Positions 1-12,400 of a stretch of 64,000 nucleotides of DNA are shown in pieces; the stretch's first letter is position 1; each line of letters starts with the position of its first letter. Origin of the DNA: Strigamia acuminata (lineage: Eukaryota); assembly GCA_949358305.1 (NCBI GenBank), contig OX442314.1, positions 6,200,001-6,264,000 of the forward strand. The letters are read 5' to 3'. The notes beneath the pieces are model-generated. The model ran no database searches, was not told the origin of the DNA, and saw nothing but the letters and a program-made list of their open reading frames with translations. Made by a program: the position numbers and the translations under genes.

Positions 1-984
1 GACGGGTTTTAGTCGTTGGTTACGGTATTGATTTCGAAATACGAATTGTTGCGCTTCGTTTATATTTTTAAATTCAGCTGAATTTAACTGGTATTGTTTA
101 CAATACTGTTCGAATTGATACCGGATCTCCCGTGGGTTAGTCAAAAAACTTTCTTTTTTAGGTTTAAAATCATTCTCATTATCGTGTTGGTAATACTTTT
201 TCAAGGGAAAAGTTTGCTTGACCTTTTTTCGATTTGAAATGGGCGTTAGGTAGAATTGTCTTGGCTGGGGACTCTTCTTGGTAGACAAATCATACGTCCG
301 CAAACATGAGTTTGTGATCGGCGATCGGGCACGTTGTTGTACGTTATTTGACTGCAAATGTTTGTTTGGAGTCCGAATATCTTTCCTTTGCGTTGATATT
401 GGTGGCCCAAAACTTTTGTTTACGGTTCCCAATTCTTTTGATAGCGGTAGGTTAATCGACAGATTAAGGCTAGCCACATATCGTTGTGCTTCAGCTGGAT
501 TAGCATATCGAACTGAAATTAGCTGATCTCGATTGTAAACGAGTTTTAATTTGTTCTGAACAACCGACTGGTTAGTTAACGAACTCTCTGGACGAGAATT
601 ATTAGGTTTATAATTCTTTTCCCCCTTATCTACCGAATTAGGTGGTTTAAACTTTTCTAACTTAGATCCCCTACTGGATGTTTGAAACATAGTATGAGAA
701 TCTTGATTCACTAAGTTTCGGCTGTATGTTTGTGGATTCCGTACTGGATCTTGATGTGAAGATTGAGATTGGGTACGATCTCGCCAGTTCCTAGCTTTTA
801 CATAGTCTGAAGCTTCGATTATATTTTTAAACTTGGTTTTATCCAGTCCATGACGATTACAATACAGAGTAAAATGATCGGGAATCTTTTCTGTTTGATC
901 GCCAAGTGGTACAGAACTTAAATTTAAGTTTGTCTGCTTATTATTTCCTTTTGGATCGATCATATTCAATGGTTTTTGAGCCAT
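1..984 (-). CDS. 5' part of ORF1 (gag-position ORF) of an LTR retrotransposon, open to the window edge
   Basis: ATG at 984 (MAQKPLNMIDPKGNNKQ...). Manual translation found no stop in this frame down to position 1 (>=328 aa), which explains its absence from the ORF track. It lies downstream of a 5' LTR and PBS on the same strand. No diagnostic gag motif is visible in the window. Confidence 0.6.
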   Translation of the reverse strand, partial: MAQKPLNMIDPKGNNKQTNLNLSSVPLGDQTEKIPDHFTLYCNRHGLDKTKFKNIIEASDYVKARNWRDRTQSQSSHQDPVRNPQTYSRNLVNQDSHTMFQTSSRGSKLEKFKPPNSVDKGEKNYKPNNSRPESSLTNQSVVQNKLKLVYNRDQLISVRYANPAEAQRYVASLNLSINLPLSKELGTVNKSFGPPISTQRKDIRTPNKHLQSNNVQQRARSPITNSCLRTYDLSTKKSPQPRQFYLTPISNRKKVKQTFPLKKYYQHDNENDFKPKKESFLTNPREIRYQFEQYCKQYQLNSAEFKNINEAQQFVFRNQYRNQRLKPV

Positions 985-3900
985 AAAAAAATTCAAAATC
1001 TGACGATTTTAATTCTTTAATTTATAAAGAAGACGAATATAATACACTTTTCAACAAGAAACACTTCTAAACTTTACTTTTGACAAAATAAAATTAAACT
1101 TCGCGTTTGTTTGACACGTGTTAGCTTTTGCAGGTTACACGGCACAAAATTCGAATCGTGACTGAAATCGGGACGGCGTGGTCAAGATGACTCTGGAACA
1201 CGTCTTCTGGTCTGGTCTGGATGCGAATGATCAGTATCTGATCTGGTCCTCCTTTAATAGCAGGGGGCTGGGGATCCCTAGATCTCCCAACTTCTGATTG
1301 GCGGATGTTAGTGTCGGCCAATGGTATAAAGGACGTTACATCTATTTAGTAGTTCTCTACTAAGTCCGTTCCCTTCGAGATTCAATTTTACCGATAAAAT
1401 AAAATTCCTTCGGGAAGACATTCGTAAAATATTGTATTTTTCAAATGAAAATAAAATAAACTTACTTCAATCTTCTTGAACTTTGGGATTTTTACCAATC
1501 CAAATAATTAAATAACTTTTCTTCAAAAAATATTTTTCTTTTAATTATTCCGTTAGTGTGTGATATCGTTACAACCACAACTTTAATAAAGTTTTCTCAA
1601 ACTCTCAATTTTTCTTATTCTTATTCAATTATCGTTCAAATAATCATTCCTTTGTAATTGAAATCTATTTTCGATTCCCAACATTGTGTATTCATTTCCA
1701 ATAGGAAGAATAATTTGACCAAGTCTTTACTTTTTCGGGTTTAAATTCCATTTTTCGAGTGTGAAAAAATAAATTTTCACCATCCATCTCCCCCTTTTTT
1801 AACAAAATTTTTTTTAACAAATAAAAATTCGTTAAAATTCTTTAAATTTGTTTTGCGAGAAAAATTATCTAATTCTCTAATCTTCCAAAAGAAAATATTC
1901 GAAATTTTACTTTAAACGATAAAGTTATTGGTACAAATGTGTACTTGTTTTTCGGGAGAAAACTATTCGACAATCCTTTAGACTTTTGGGTAAAAATTAT
2001 TCATCAAATCTTTCTTTTTTGATGACAATTGCTTTGATTTTTCGAAAGAAAATATCTAGCTAAATTCCACTTTTCCTGAGCGGACAATTGTTTTCACAAT
2101 TAGTTATTCCTTTGCGATATTTACGAAGGACGTGTCTTTGATTATTCGTTTTAATAATTTTCGTCCCCCTTATCTCTAATAACGAGATGTTTTTGCAGAG
2201 ATCTTTTATCTTTTGAATGAAAGAATATTTAAATCTCAATTGTCGTAAATACCTTCATCTGCTGCAGCATTTCCTCAATTTGAACTTTTCAAATGAAAAG
2301 ACAAATCTGGAGAACTTTCACTGTCAAACTTCTATTCCTATCGCGCCAAAATTCGTAATTCACTGGTTTGGAATTCCGTATAACACGTGACACAATAACA
2401 GTATCGATGTCACAATTAAGCAGTTTACTACTCGGTCCGCGCGAGGACATGTAAATTACTTTTTTCCGATAAAAATAATTTTTCTTTGAAAAATATTTGA
2501 AATTGATTTTTCACAACTACTTTTGAATGAAATAAAATGAAGTTATTCCAACTTTTCGTTAATTGCTCACACATAACATTCCCTTTACTGTGGGATTTGC
2601 ATCGAAATTCCATTTTTAAAGAACCTTTCTTTTACTTATCGCAAATAAAACATATTCAATCGTTTTTCTGATTAAACTTTAACACGTAAATTACGAACGA
2701 AATATATGATGACATTCCATTAACCTTTAGGAAAATTGACTAAATTCTTAATTTTTAGAGAAAAATAATGTATCTAGAATCTTTCCTTTTCCGAATAAAA
2801 TCTATGTTCAAAATAGAAGATAAATCTTGTGCAATTCTTAGTTTTTTCGAATGGAAAAATACAACTTTTTCATCAGCGGTGATTTATTTGATTTTTCCGA
2901 AAGAAAAATAATTACTTTGAAACTTATTTTCTTCGTTTAAATCAGCTATCTGATTTTAAAGCTTCAATCCAATCAAAAAATATTCGCTCCGTAAATATTT
3001 CATGTGGCAAAGTTCATAGCCACAAATGGATTTGTTATTCCGGTTTTAAGAAATCATGTGGGAAAATGTCCGATTAGATTACTAAAAATATTCGTTGTTT
3101 TTCAAACAGCTAAATTTCATTTAGAAATTCTCAAAATTTGGGAGACCCAAATATCGTTGGAAACTTAAAACACTGTTAAATTTCCGAAAGGAAAGATTGA
3201 ATGAAATCCTTTTACTTTTCCGAGGGAAAGCGTTTATCGTGATTCGTAACTTTCAATGTAAAAAATACTATTCTACGTGGTCGGCAACTTCATTCGCCGC
3301 CATTTTATATTTTCTTAATTTCCATTGTCCCGAAGGAAAAATTTTCCTTTTTGTGAAAATAGTTAATTCCTTCAAATAAAGGTAATATTCATTTCGATTT
3401 GCAAATCTTTTCTGCGAAATGGAGTGTGTTGTTTTTCTCCAACAACTAAATTATCTTTGGTACCGATGGCAGTGGAAAAATTAGTTCGCGACACTTTAAA
3501 TAAATCTCTACGAACCTTCTGTAACATTTCTCCGCTGTCTTTTATCTGTTGTCCGCCATAATTTCCAAGCATTCGTTCGCACCTTGCGTTGAAGGTTTGA
3601 GTAGCTTCCCTGCTGCGTTTGATACGGAGATCGACGCGTATTGCTATGGCGCGTGGTCGCTGGCTATCGGTGTCGACGTACAGTTACAGGAAACTTAATT
3701 TCTTGTAAATATTTCCAAATAGTTGCGGTGTTTTCTTCGTTTTAACTTTTCAGGTGGAAAGATAAATTCGTAAGAAGTCCGCCTTCTAAACTTGTATGTT
3801 TTTAGCTTTTCGAAATAAAACAAACTTCGAAAAAAAATATCTGTATTCTTATTTCACTCGAAACTTTTTTGATTTCTTATTTAAAATACTTCGTATTCCT

Positions 3901-4254
3901 TAAATTGTCGAACGAAAATAGTAAAGAGAGTTCACTAAACGTTTCCATTTCGTCAGTTTAACTTTTCACATGAAAATATAAACTGAAAATCTATTTGTCT
4001 GTTTTAACTAAAATTTTTTAGTTAATATCGGATTCAAGATTCGCTTTTGCAATTCGATCGAATTAATTTGCAACCTATTTCAGTGATCGTGTGATAGGTC
4101 TATAACTTCCGAAATTCCTAGTTAAAGGACTGTTTTGGTGTTTCTCAAGAAAATAAACATGGTTTGAAACTTGTCTGTTTTTTAACTAAATCTTTTAGTT
4201 AAATATTTATCTCAAAATTCACTTTTACAATTCTATCGAATTTAATTGCAACCT

Positions 4255-4273
4255 AATCTCGGTGGGACCTCCA
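4255..4273 (-). promoter_or_regulatory. Primer binding site complementary to the 3' end of tRNA-Gln
   Basis: Plus strand reads aatctcggtgggacctcca, the 3' end of metazoan tRNA-Gln including CCA. It is 2 nt from the LTR boundary. Confidence 0.85.
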
Positions 4274-4275
4274 CG

Positions 4276-6188
4276 TGTGACGGTGACGACCACAACTCCC
4301 ATTTAACAATGGTACCGGGAAGAGATCGCAATAAATAAACAGTGAATACAATACGAGATAAATACAAGACAGTTTATTGTTGGCAAACAATATGGATGAG
4401 CTAAATTATACATAGGACTAATGCCGACATTTGGCAAGTTAAATCAGCTATTAAACTATACAAAGAATTGGCCAACTGGCCCTAGAATAATATCACTACG
4501 GGTCTGGAATATGGGAGCGGTTTCCCCATCGCTCGACCTGATTATAGATGTCATCTTAAGCCGGATGGCTGTGTCCTGGAGTCCGATACGGCTTCGCTGG
4601 TTTCCTTGGTTCGCTGTGTAAACTATCGCACGTCGATAAATCGAATGATCTGAGCATTGCGGTTGACTTTGTCTGCACCGCCACAACTTTGGGAGGATAT
4701 TGGTGTAAGTAAATGTATTTATTTACTTATCAATATTCCACTTATGAATTATATTTAATTCATATCGTTGTGAATTCTTATTTAGATATTTCGGGAATAA
4801 GTTGTCGTCAACTTATCGGTTATATTGAGTTCAATATGAGATTAAGTCTTCTGACTTGATTTTGGTCCAACTGGTTGTCGAGTTTAAGTTTTTCTGTTAT
4901 AAATAAAATGAAGATTAAGCTTCCCGTCGCAACACACAATTGCCATCGATTAGAATATACGCCTTGCCATGCAGAACGGTATCAAGCGTCCCCGGCGTCG
5001 CAGCACGGTCGTCCATCGAGTGGTTGACGGTACCACGTACACAGGGGTCGATAGCTCGCGGCTCCGCACAGCAGTTTTATCTCTCGCGGTACTAATAATA
5101 GACCGACTGCTTTGGCATCGAATACCATGAGAATCAGCTTGCCAAACACTTGGTGCTACTCGTGGTTACTGTAAAACAGACTGCTTTGGCACCATCAGGT
5201 GAAGGAACCGATTCTCAACAATACCGATGCTACTCGTGGTAACGGAATACGTTCATACCGAAAAAGACAACTTGGTCCTGTCCGGAGGATACTGAATTGC
5301 ACAACGGCGGGTTCTCCTTCGGCGTCGCAACCGTAGACTGTAACATTTATGCAACATAATAATCCCAGCACTTCGACTTCAATTGCCGGCGGTGGCATGA
5401 TTCTGTAGAATCATGCAACGGTTCTTTGCGAATAAATCAACAAAGAACCAAAAGGTTTTTTACGTGAACAACGAATCATATTTCTTAAGTAACAATACCA
5501 AACAGAAAATAATCAAACAGAGCTGCGGAATGGCCGATTGTTTGGGTTTATATAACCTGACTGGATTTAAGGATTAATCCAGTCATCCAATTGGAACATG
5601 GGTTCCACGAATCCCTCCAATCCCGTATCACCGGAAGTGGATACGGAGGAGCATTTATGCAATTTATGCTAATCCTTGTTACAACCGGAACTGGATACCC
5701 AGGACCGGAAATGGGTTCCACCAATCAGATTGATCGGTTGACCGATTGATCGCTAAACATTCTGTCCCGCAGAAATGGAAGTTACATTGTATTTAACAAT
5801 GTCAGATATTTAATATATATTTATATTAATATTTAACACAATTTATTCACTTGATTAAATATACGTTTATATTTAATCATGAGGTTTTCAAGTTCGTATT
5901 CGAATTTATCGCTAATTGCGATCGCGCCATCTAGTGGCAATATGGAGCATTGACAAATGCGGGTTTTAGCAGACGAATCTTCGTAATTATGCCGTGATAC
6001 TTTAGTATCATGTGGAAATTAGTGTTTATTCTTAATAAACGAACATCTTTGTATTTGAAACATCATAAATGACTTTATTCTAGACATTTATCAGTTTTAC
6101 ACAGAATATTGTAAAAATACCATCATATTGGCGCAACAGCGCTTTCTTGATAGAAAATAGGCATTTATAGCCATTGTAAACCGTCATA
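4276..6188 (-). repeat. 5' LTR (~1.9 kb) of the left retroelement
   Basis: Terminal inverted repeat TGTGACGGT / ACCGTCA(T)A. Bounded by the PBS on one side and the host junction on the other. Confidence 0.75.
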
Positions 6189-8180
6189 ACATAATCAGAT
6201 TTTTGTTGGGCCCTCAATAATTGAGTGATTATGATTATTGCAATTATCAACTAATCACAATAATCGCTCATTTAATGAAACCCCTTAATGTTTCGTTACC
6301 ACTTAAAATAGGTTTTGTAGCAGTGTACAGGAAAACAAACAAATTTTAACAGTTTTGGTTTGTGTGGACTAATGTCTTTTAATTTTGTAGATGAATCAAG
6401 ACGCTTAACAGCTAGAATCATCATTCTATTTCAAGGGCTTTATCCTCCAGAACCAGAAGAATGTAACCAGCGTCTATGGGTATGTAAATCCATATAAACT
6501 GGGAATTCTACACATGTTCTTTGATTTAAAAGATTAACACTAGAGGGAATTAGTAACACAGGATCGTAGATGGGTTGGGAAAGTTACTTTTAATAGTAGT
6601 CAGAAACTTTGTAAATTTGAGCAAAAATATTTTTAATTACAATACTTTTAAGTTTTATCTGAGCAATCCAGAAGATGTTAACATTTTGGAACCATTGATG
6701 ATAAAGTATGGATGGTTTAATGCAGTAACACTTCACACATTTAAGGTAACAAACAAGGTGAATAAAGTATGTGTTTTGACTTAATTTCATGAAATAGACT
6801 GTAGGAAGAAATACAAAGCATAATCCCTGTGAAAGAAGCAAAACCGCTTATTCAAAGTGTAGGAATACTTGCGTGCAGAACAATTTATATCAAAGGATTA
6901 ATTGCACGTATGTGTAGCTCTTCATTTTGGGATAAAACAAATGGAATTCTTTCTTTAATATATTATAGCAAAATTTTTCTTTACGTCTGTTTCTTTTTAA
7001 GATTGCCATATATGTCAACATCTAATTTGTCAGTTTGCAATAAGACGGAAGACATTACTAATGCGCATTTTATGTATTTGAACAATTATAATTCAAATCA
7101 AAAAAGATGCAAATGTAAAGAGCTTTGCACAAACACATTTTACCAAACATCTTTTTATGACATGAGATCAAGTTTTCCTTTCGTCACTGTTCTGCAGTTG
7201 AGATTTGCTGATAGTTTTGTAGAGACTATAGAAGAGAAACAGGCATATCCGATGTCGGAATTATTAAGCGATTTCGGCAGTATTGTAGGATTAGCTTTGG
7301 GAATGTCATTGCTGTCTTTTTACATGTGGATTAAAAACAGTTACGATTGGTTTAAAAATTAAAATCAATCAAATTTTATTGAAACTACCTCTATCTGAAA
7401 TAATTATTTTGATTTTGAGGAACCACTGTGCAACTTTGCACCACCAACAAAAACGTTTTATTAATTTCAGCACTTTCTGGCACATTTTACACATGAAAAA
7501 TATAACAAATACGTATGGACAACGGAGTACGGAGTACTAAGCTTATACTGTATAAAATAATACTTATCAATATTTGTGTGAAAACTGAGAGTTTTACTCA
7601 AATGCAGTTTTATTGATTTTAATTCTATTTCAAGTGCCATTTTTATATTTCATAATTTTTCTATTTCATAATTTTTTGTATTTCCTATTTTTGTATTTTC
7701 CAATGTTTGTTGCATTTTTATCTCAACTTTTAAAACTCAATTTGTTTTCTCAAACTCATGTAGTGTTTATATCTTCCACCTTCTCACCCTAAATTCCATA
7801 TCTTAAAACTTACATCTGACCCTTCCTGGAACTAACTAATTACGAGCAGGTGTCCTTCGCTCACCAATGAGAGAGCGCCACCCTTTTCCTTCCCCCCACC
7901 TTTATTATCTAGTCTTTTGAAAATAAAATACAATCAGTGTTCTTTTTACAACCAAGCCAGAAGGTCTCCTTTCTTTTCTTTACCACTTACATCTTAAAAC
8001 CAAACCTAAAGATATTTTATGGGTGTGATTTTAGATAATTATGTGGATTCTGTCAAGGGTCTGTGGTTTCTAGACATGGCAGATATCGCAATGATATAGA
8101 AATATACACTTTCTATATCACATTGATATCGGATCTTAAATCATTGTGCTGCCTGGGGCGTTCACAAGTCGGATTGTTTG
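6189..8180. repeat. Segmental duplicate, near-identical in inverted orientation to ~48607-51237
   Basis: Exons, introns and 3' flank all match. ORFs 6575 and 50642 are almost the same, and the last-exon proteins differ at 7 residues. Confidence 0.92.
6391..7362 (+). CDS. DEG/ENaC (pickpocket-like) channel paralog A, 3' exons only; upstream exons are presumably beyond the LTR element
   Basis: Four GT-AG exons (~6391-6479, ~6653-6745, ~6798-6907, ~7002-7362). Cys-rich thumb, then EEKQAYPMSELLSDFGSIVGLALGMSLLS, which is the pre-TM2/TM2 segment with a G-x-S filter. Confidence 0.8.
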
Positions 8181-8448
8181 TACCGTACCAAACATACAAT
8201 AAAACACAGCAAAACTTCTTAACAGTCAGGCCAACTTCGAACCGAATTGGAGTGACAGAGGATACAGTTGTGTAAGTATATTTGATTCTTCTCTGGCTCA
8301 CTACAAGAAGGGCGAATTTCCAAAATTCGCCGTTGGAAACCTATTTTGACGTTTCCAATGGCGAATTTAATAAAATGAACAGAATGAACCTATTAATGTT
8401 GACGAATTATTTTTTATTTTGTGACTGGTATGGCCTTCGCCAATGCAG

Positions 8449-9050
8449 TTAGGGGACCAAAAGCACTGGTTTGGGGTGCATACTCACGTAAATAACTGAA
8501 TTCCCCACAATATTGGTTGGTTGGCCTTTATTGCGTTGTCTAGGGGTATGGGGGAATCCCGTTACCCGTTGCGGTGGTGCCACGGGGGCACGCCGCATCG
8601 GCAACCGACCCGCCATACACTGGGTGGGAACCCAATGGATGGCGTGGCCGGTTCGACTGTACATTCGTGTCGTACTTACCTACGACCCACGCGTCTACTC
8701 ATGGAGGCTGCACAACAGTGGGAACCGCTGTACTGAGTATCATCGTGGTGAATGGTGAGGAGTACAGAGTCCAACCTGGAACACTTCTTGTCCCTCCCAA
8801 GATGAATACCTCTCCTCTGGAGCCACCGCAGACACGTCCTTCTCAGGTGTCCCGTGCTCACTCTCTGTGTGCAGACACGTCCTTCTCAGTTCGTGTCTCA
8901 CACCACACCACTCCACTCCCCTCCTCACCACACCACTCCGCTCCCTCCTCCCCGGGCTAGGTCAATCACTCACATAGGGGTTGACCTTTGGGGCAGCAGG
9001 CAGTGTGTGGCAGTGCCGTAGGTCACCAGGGTGGCCTGGCGGTCACAATT
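8449..9050 (+). repeat. GC-rich interspersed repeat, unclassified; diverged relative at ~52185-52760 (minus)
   Basis: Shared blocks include ttggccttta-t-cgttgtctagggg, tacttaccta, ctcatggaggctgca, gacacgtcct and gtgtgtgg...ggtcacca. Confidence 0.65.
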
Positions 9051-9488
9051 TTTCCTGATAAAAGTGCAGTGTACAATTTAGTCGTAACAACATTTTTTGC
9101 TCAAACATTTGAAATGAGTTACATCAATAGATAAAAGTACAAACTTACACAAGTTACCCAACTAAATATAAAATTGAGAACAGAAATAGTTTTAGTTTTT
9201 TGTGCATTCAAACAAATGCACGACACAAATGTCTCAAACGTGTGTTTTTAATTCATAAATATGATGTATACAAGTAAAGTTCGTAGGGGAGTTAGAAGGG
9301 CACACAAATAATCGCTCTTGGCGCTGATAGACCAGGAGACTGACTCTGACTTTGACAATAATGATTTTTGCTGGTGCGTGTTGAACTAACAATTCGTCAT
9401 GATTAAATATACATTTATTTTTTAATCTGTGAAAAAAGAAATTTTAAATATTCTTATATGTACTTAGCTAATATTAGTAATATTTTAT

Positions 9489-12400
9489 TTACACTCTTTG
9501 GAGTGTAAATCGACAACCCACATCTTGATTCCGATACCAATTATAAGATTTTAAAATCCAATCGTACAAAGAGAGAAGTGACATTCCCAAACCTAATGAG
9601 AGAATGCTACCGAAATCGCTTAAGAATTGAGATATTGGATACGCTTGTTTCTCTTCTACAATTTCTACAGAACTATCAGCAAATTGCAAAAATAGAAATG
9701 TAATCTCAGGTTCTAGAAGATTTCTCTGCCGAAAAGTACTTTTGTAAAAAATATGTTCGCAAGGTTGTTTGCATTTGCATTGTTTTTGGTTCGAGTCCAG
9801 GTTGCTTAAATACGTGAAGTGAGCGGTAGTTACGACGCTTGTAGTGTTACAAACTGGCAAATTAAGTTTTCCCATGTATGGTAAACTGAAACAAAGAGGA
9901 GATTGGTCAAAGATGCAAATGGTGGCAGTTTATCTGCTGAAAAGGGTTAGGTGTCTTTCGAACAGATTCAATCTGGTGATGCAGCAAATGGATCTGCTTG
10001 CAAGTTTGTGTGTGGTTAATGCTAGTGCAATGACCCATTGCCAACTGATAACTGACCACGGATTAGCTGATCAAGTTTAAAACAGTGAAAATGAAAATAG
10101 ATGTGATAAAATTGCAGCTGATGTATGAAAAGAAATGAAACATCTGAACTCTACCTGCACTTAACACCTCGAAATACATTGTTATGCCAGCAAGCACTTT
10201 TACACTTGAGATAAGCACTTTTGTTCTCTTCACATGGATCGCGCTTTGTATTTCTTCGTACGATCTATTTCGTAAAAGGAATCTTAGTATGAGCATTTAT
10301 ACAATTTATTTCATTTTCAACCTGAAAGTCTCGAAGTACTACGTAGTTGACACACTCATAGTTTATGGTCAATGGTGCCAAAATGTTAACTTCCTCTTCC
10401 CGTTTATTTATGATTAGCTGCGTGTTATTATAATCCAAAATATTTACGTTAATTAAAACTGTAAGTTATGTGCTCAAAAACAATTTTTTATATTTTTCTA
10501 GTCACAATTAGGAATAAGTACGTGTGTGTCCGAACCAAACACGAACCATTTTTATAACTTTTTTCAGCTTTGGATTATCCTAAGAACTTTTTTGGATCTT
10601 TGGGCTCGAATAAATAGACTTTCTCGTTATCTTATTTAAAAATGTTGCTTAAAAAGACACCGAGACTGTCAATTTAACACATTCCAGTTTGGTTGCAAAA
10701 TTACAGGTGATTTCAAGTGAAAATTTTTTTTTACACACCTTTAGTTGCGGATCACAAGCTTCGAGTAAAGTTCGAGGTCTTCTAAAGTAGATGAATAGCT
10801 TAGTGGTTTTTGTGCGTGTTTTATCTGTAATACAGCGGTAAAGTCAGAATAAATTTTCCAACTCGTCTGCAGGAAAACAATTTTTACGATTAAATAAATC
10901 CGGAAAAAAAGAAACATTAAAAATTAAAAATTCCATAATTCAAAAGTAGACTTTGAATACAACCATTAATTAACTAAAATCATAAATTAATTTTGTAATT
11001 ACCATTCCTTATTTGTGAGCAATTACCAAATGGAAGTGAAATAAAATTAATTGATGGTACCTGTAAACATACAACTTTTATTGTTTCGTTTTGGTTTGAG
11101 GAATATGACTGAATATAGTTACATCTTTCCCAAGAGGTTGAACGGTTAACGTTTTGTCGATATTAAGCGATTTCCAGATGTTTTGCAATGACAATTTGCT
11201 GTTAAACAATTGCCAGGGTGATATGTTGCCACAAGTTTTATTGGGTTGTTTAAGTAAGTGTAATCGGGCTTCGTGCATTTCTTCATTTAATTCTTCTCCA
11301 CAAAATGTGACAGAAGGAAATTCGGTGTAGCGTCGTGGACTTATTCGAACGATTGTTGTGCCCGGTTCATCGAGGTAGTAATTGACACGAATGTGCACGC
11401 AATACAAAGTAAATCCTGCAACAACTAATACGAATATTAACTTCAACTTTTCTAATACTGTATATATTTTGGTTTGCTCCTCAGTTTCATCGACTTTTTT
11501 TTTGCACGTTTCATACAGACGCTTAATGTTACTGACGGATCTTTTTCGGTGAATGTTTGATGCAACATAATATAAATACCAAATGATGTCAGGTAATGAG
11601 ATTACGGATAGTCCAATAAACAAGCCCAGATTGCCTCCTAAATCTGACAGTAAGGCAATAACGTCATAAGTGTACCGTTCTTCATATACAGTGACTTTCT
11701 CATTAGTTATTGCTAATGTTAAACTCGTCATTTTATTATTTTTAGCTATGCCGAAATCAGTATGTTGTGTAAAAGTTATATGTTGACAAGGACGTTGACA
11801 ACCGCAATGAGCAATTGGGTCTAGAAATGTAACGACGGACAAAATATAAGAATACATCTCATCTGTATCATTTGCTAATTTGCAAAGTGGCAAATCTAAC
11901 TTCATGAACGGAAATCTTGTATAGAATATATTTAATTAGCTGTTTAATTGTGATACCAAACAAGAAGCATTTTCACCATATGTTCTTACCTGCATTTTAA
12001 CTTTTTAAAGTCGGTATGTAAGCAATTCCGATAGCATTCTCTGTATTCGTCTTCGTTAGAGCATGAACTGATCGGTGAATTTTGCAATATGAACTACAAT
12101 TGAATAAATTAAAAGAAATTTCAAGTCTTTAGATAAAACTTTACTTTGTTACAACTAAAATTTATTGTAGATGTTGAACCAGGATTCATCACTGATACAG
12201 GAAAGTGAATTCCAACATTTTTTAATGTCAGGTAAATCTAAGGGCAAAGAGGAAAAAATTAATGTAGCAATTGCTATTGTAATTTAATCAAGTTACCTCA
12301 TAAAAAGGCTTATTGCATATCGAGTCGTAATTTTTTTTAAAATTCACTGTCAGTAACTTCCCGACAAATGATTTGCTAGAAGATTTAGCTATATCAATGA

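Larger units (their letters stand above)
1..6188 (-). mobile_element. LTR retrotransposon (probably Ty3/Gypsy), 5' portion: LTR, PBS, ~3.3 kb leader, ORF1
   Basis: LTR termini tgtgacggt (4276) and accgtcata (6188), with the PBS adjacent. Similarity to the uninterrupted paralogous locus (revcomp of ~51237) begins exactly at 6189. Confidence 0.8.

Noticed and set aside
4255..4273. tRNA-Gln gene
   Set aside because: Only the 3' 19 nt including CCA are present, adjacent to an LTR, so it is a PBS.
8449..8960. Cluster of six overlapping short ORFs
   Set aside because: An effect of GC-rich repeat composition; the frames are not conserved in the second copy.
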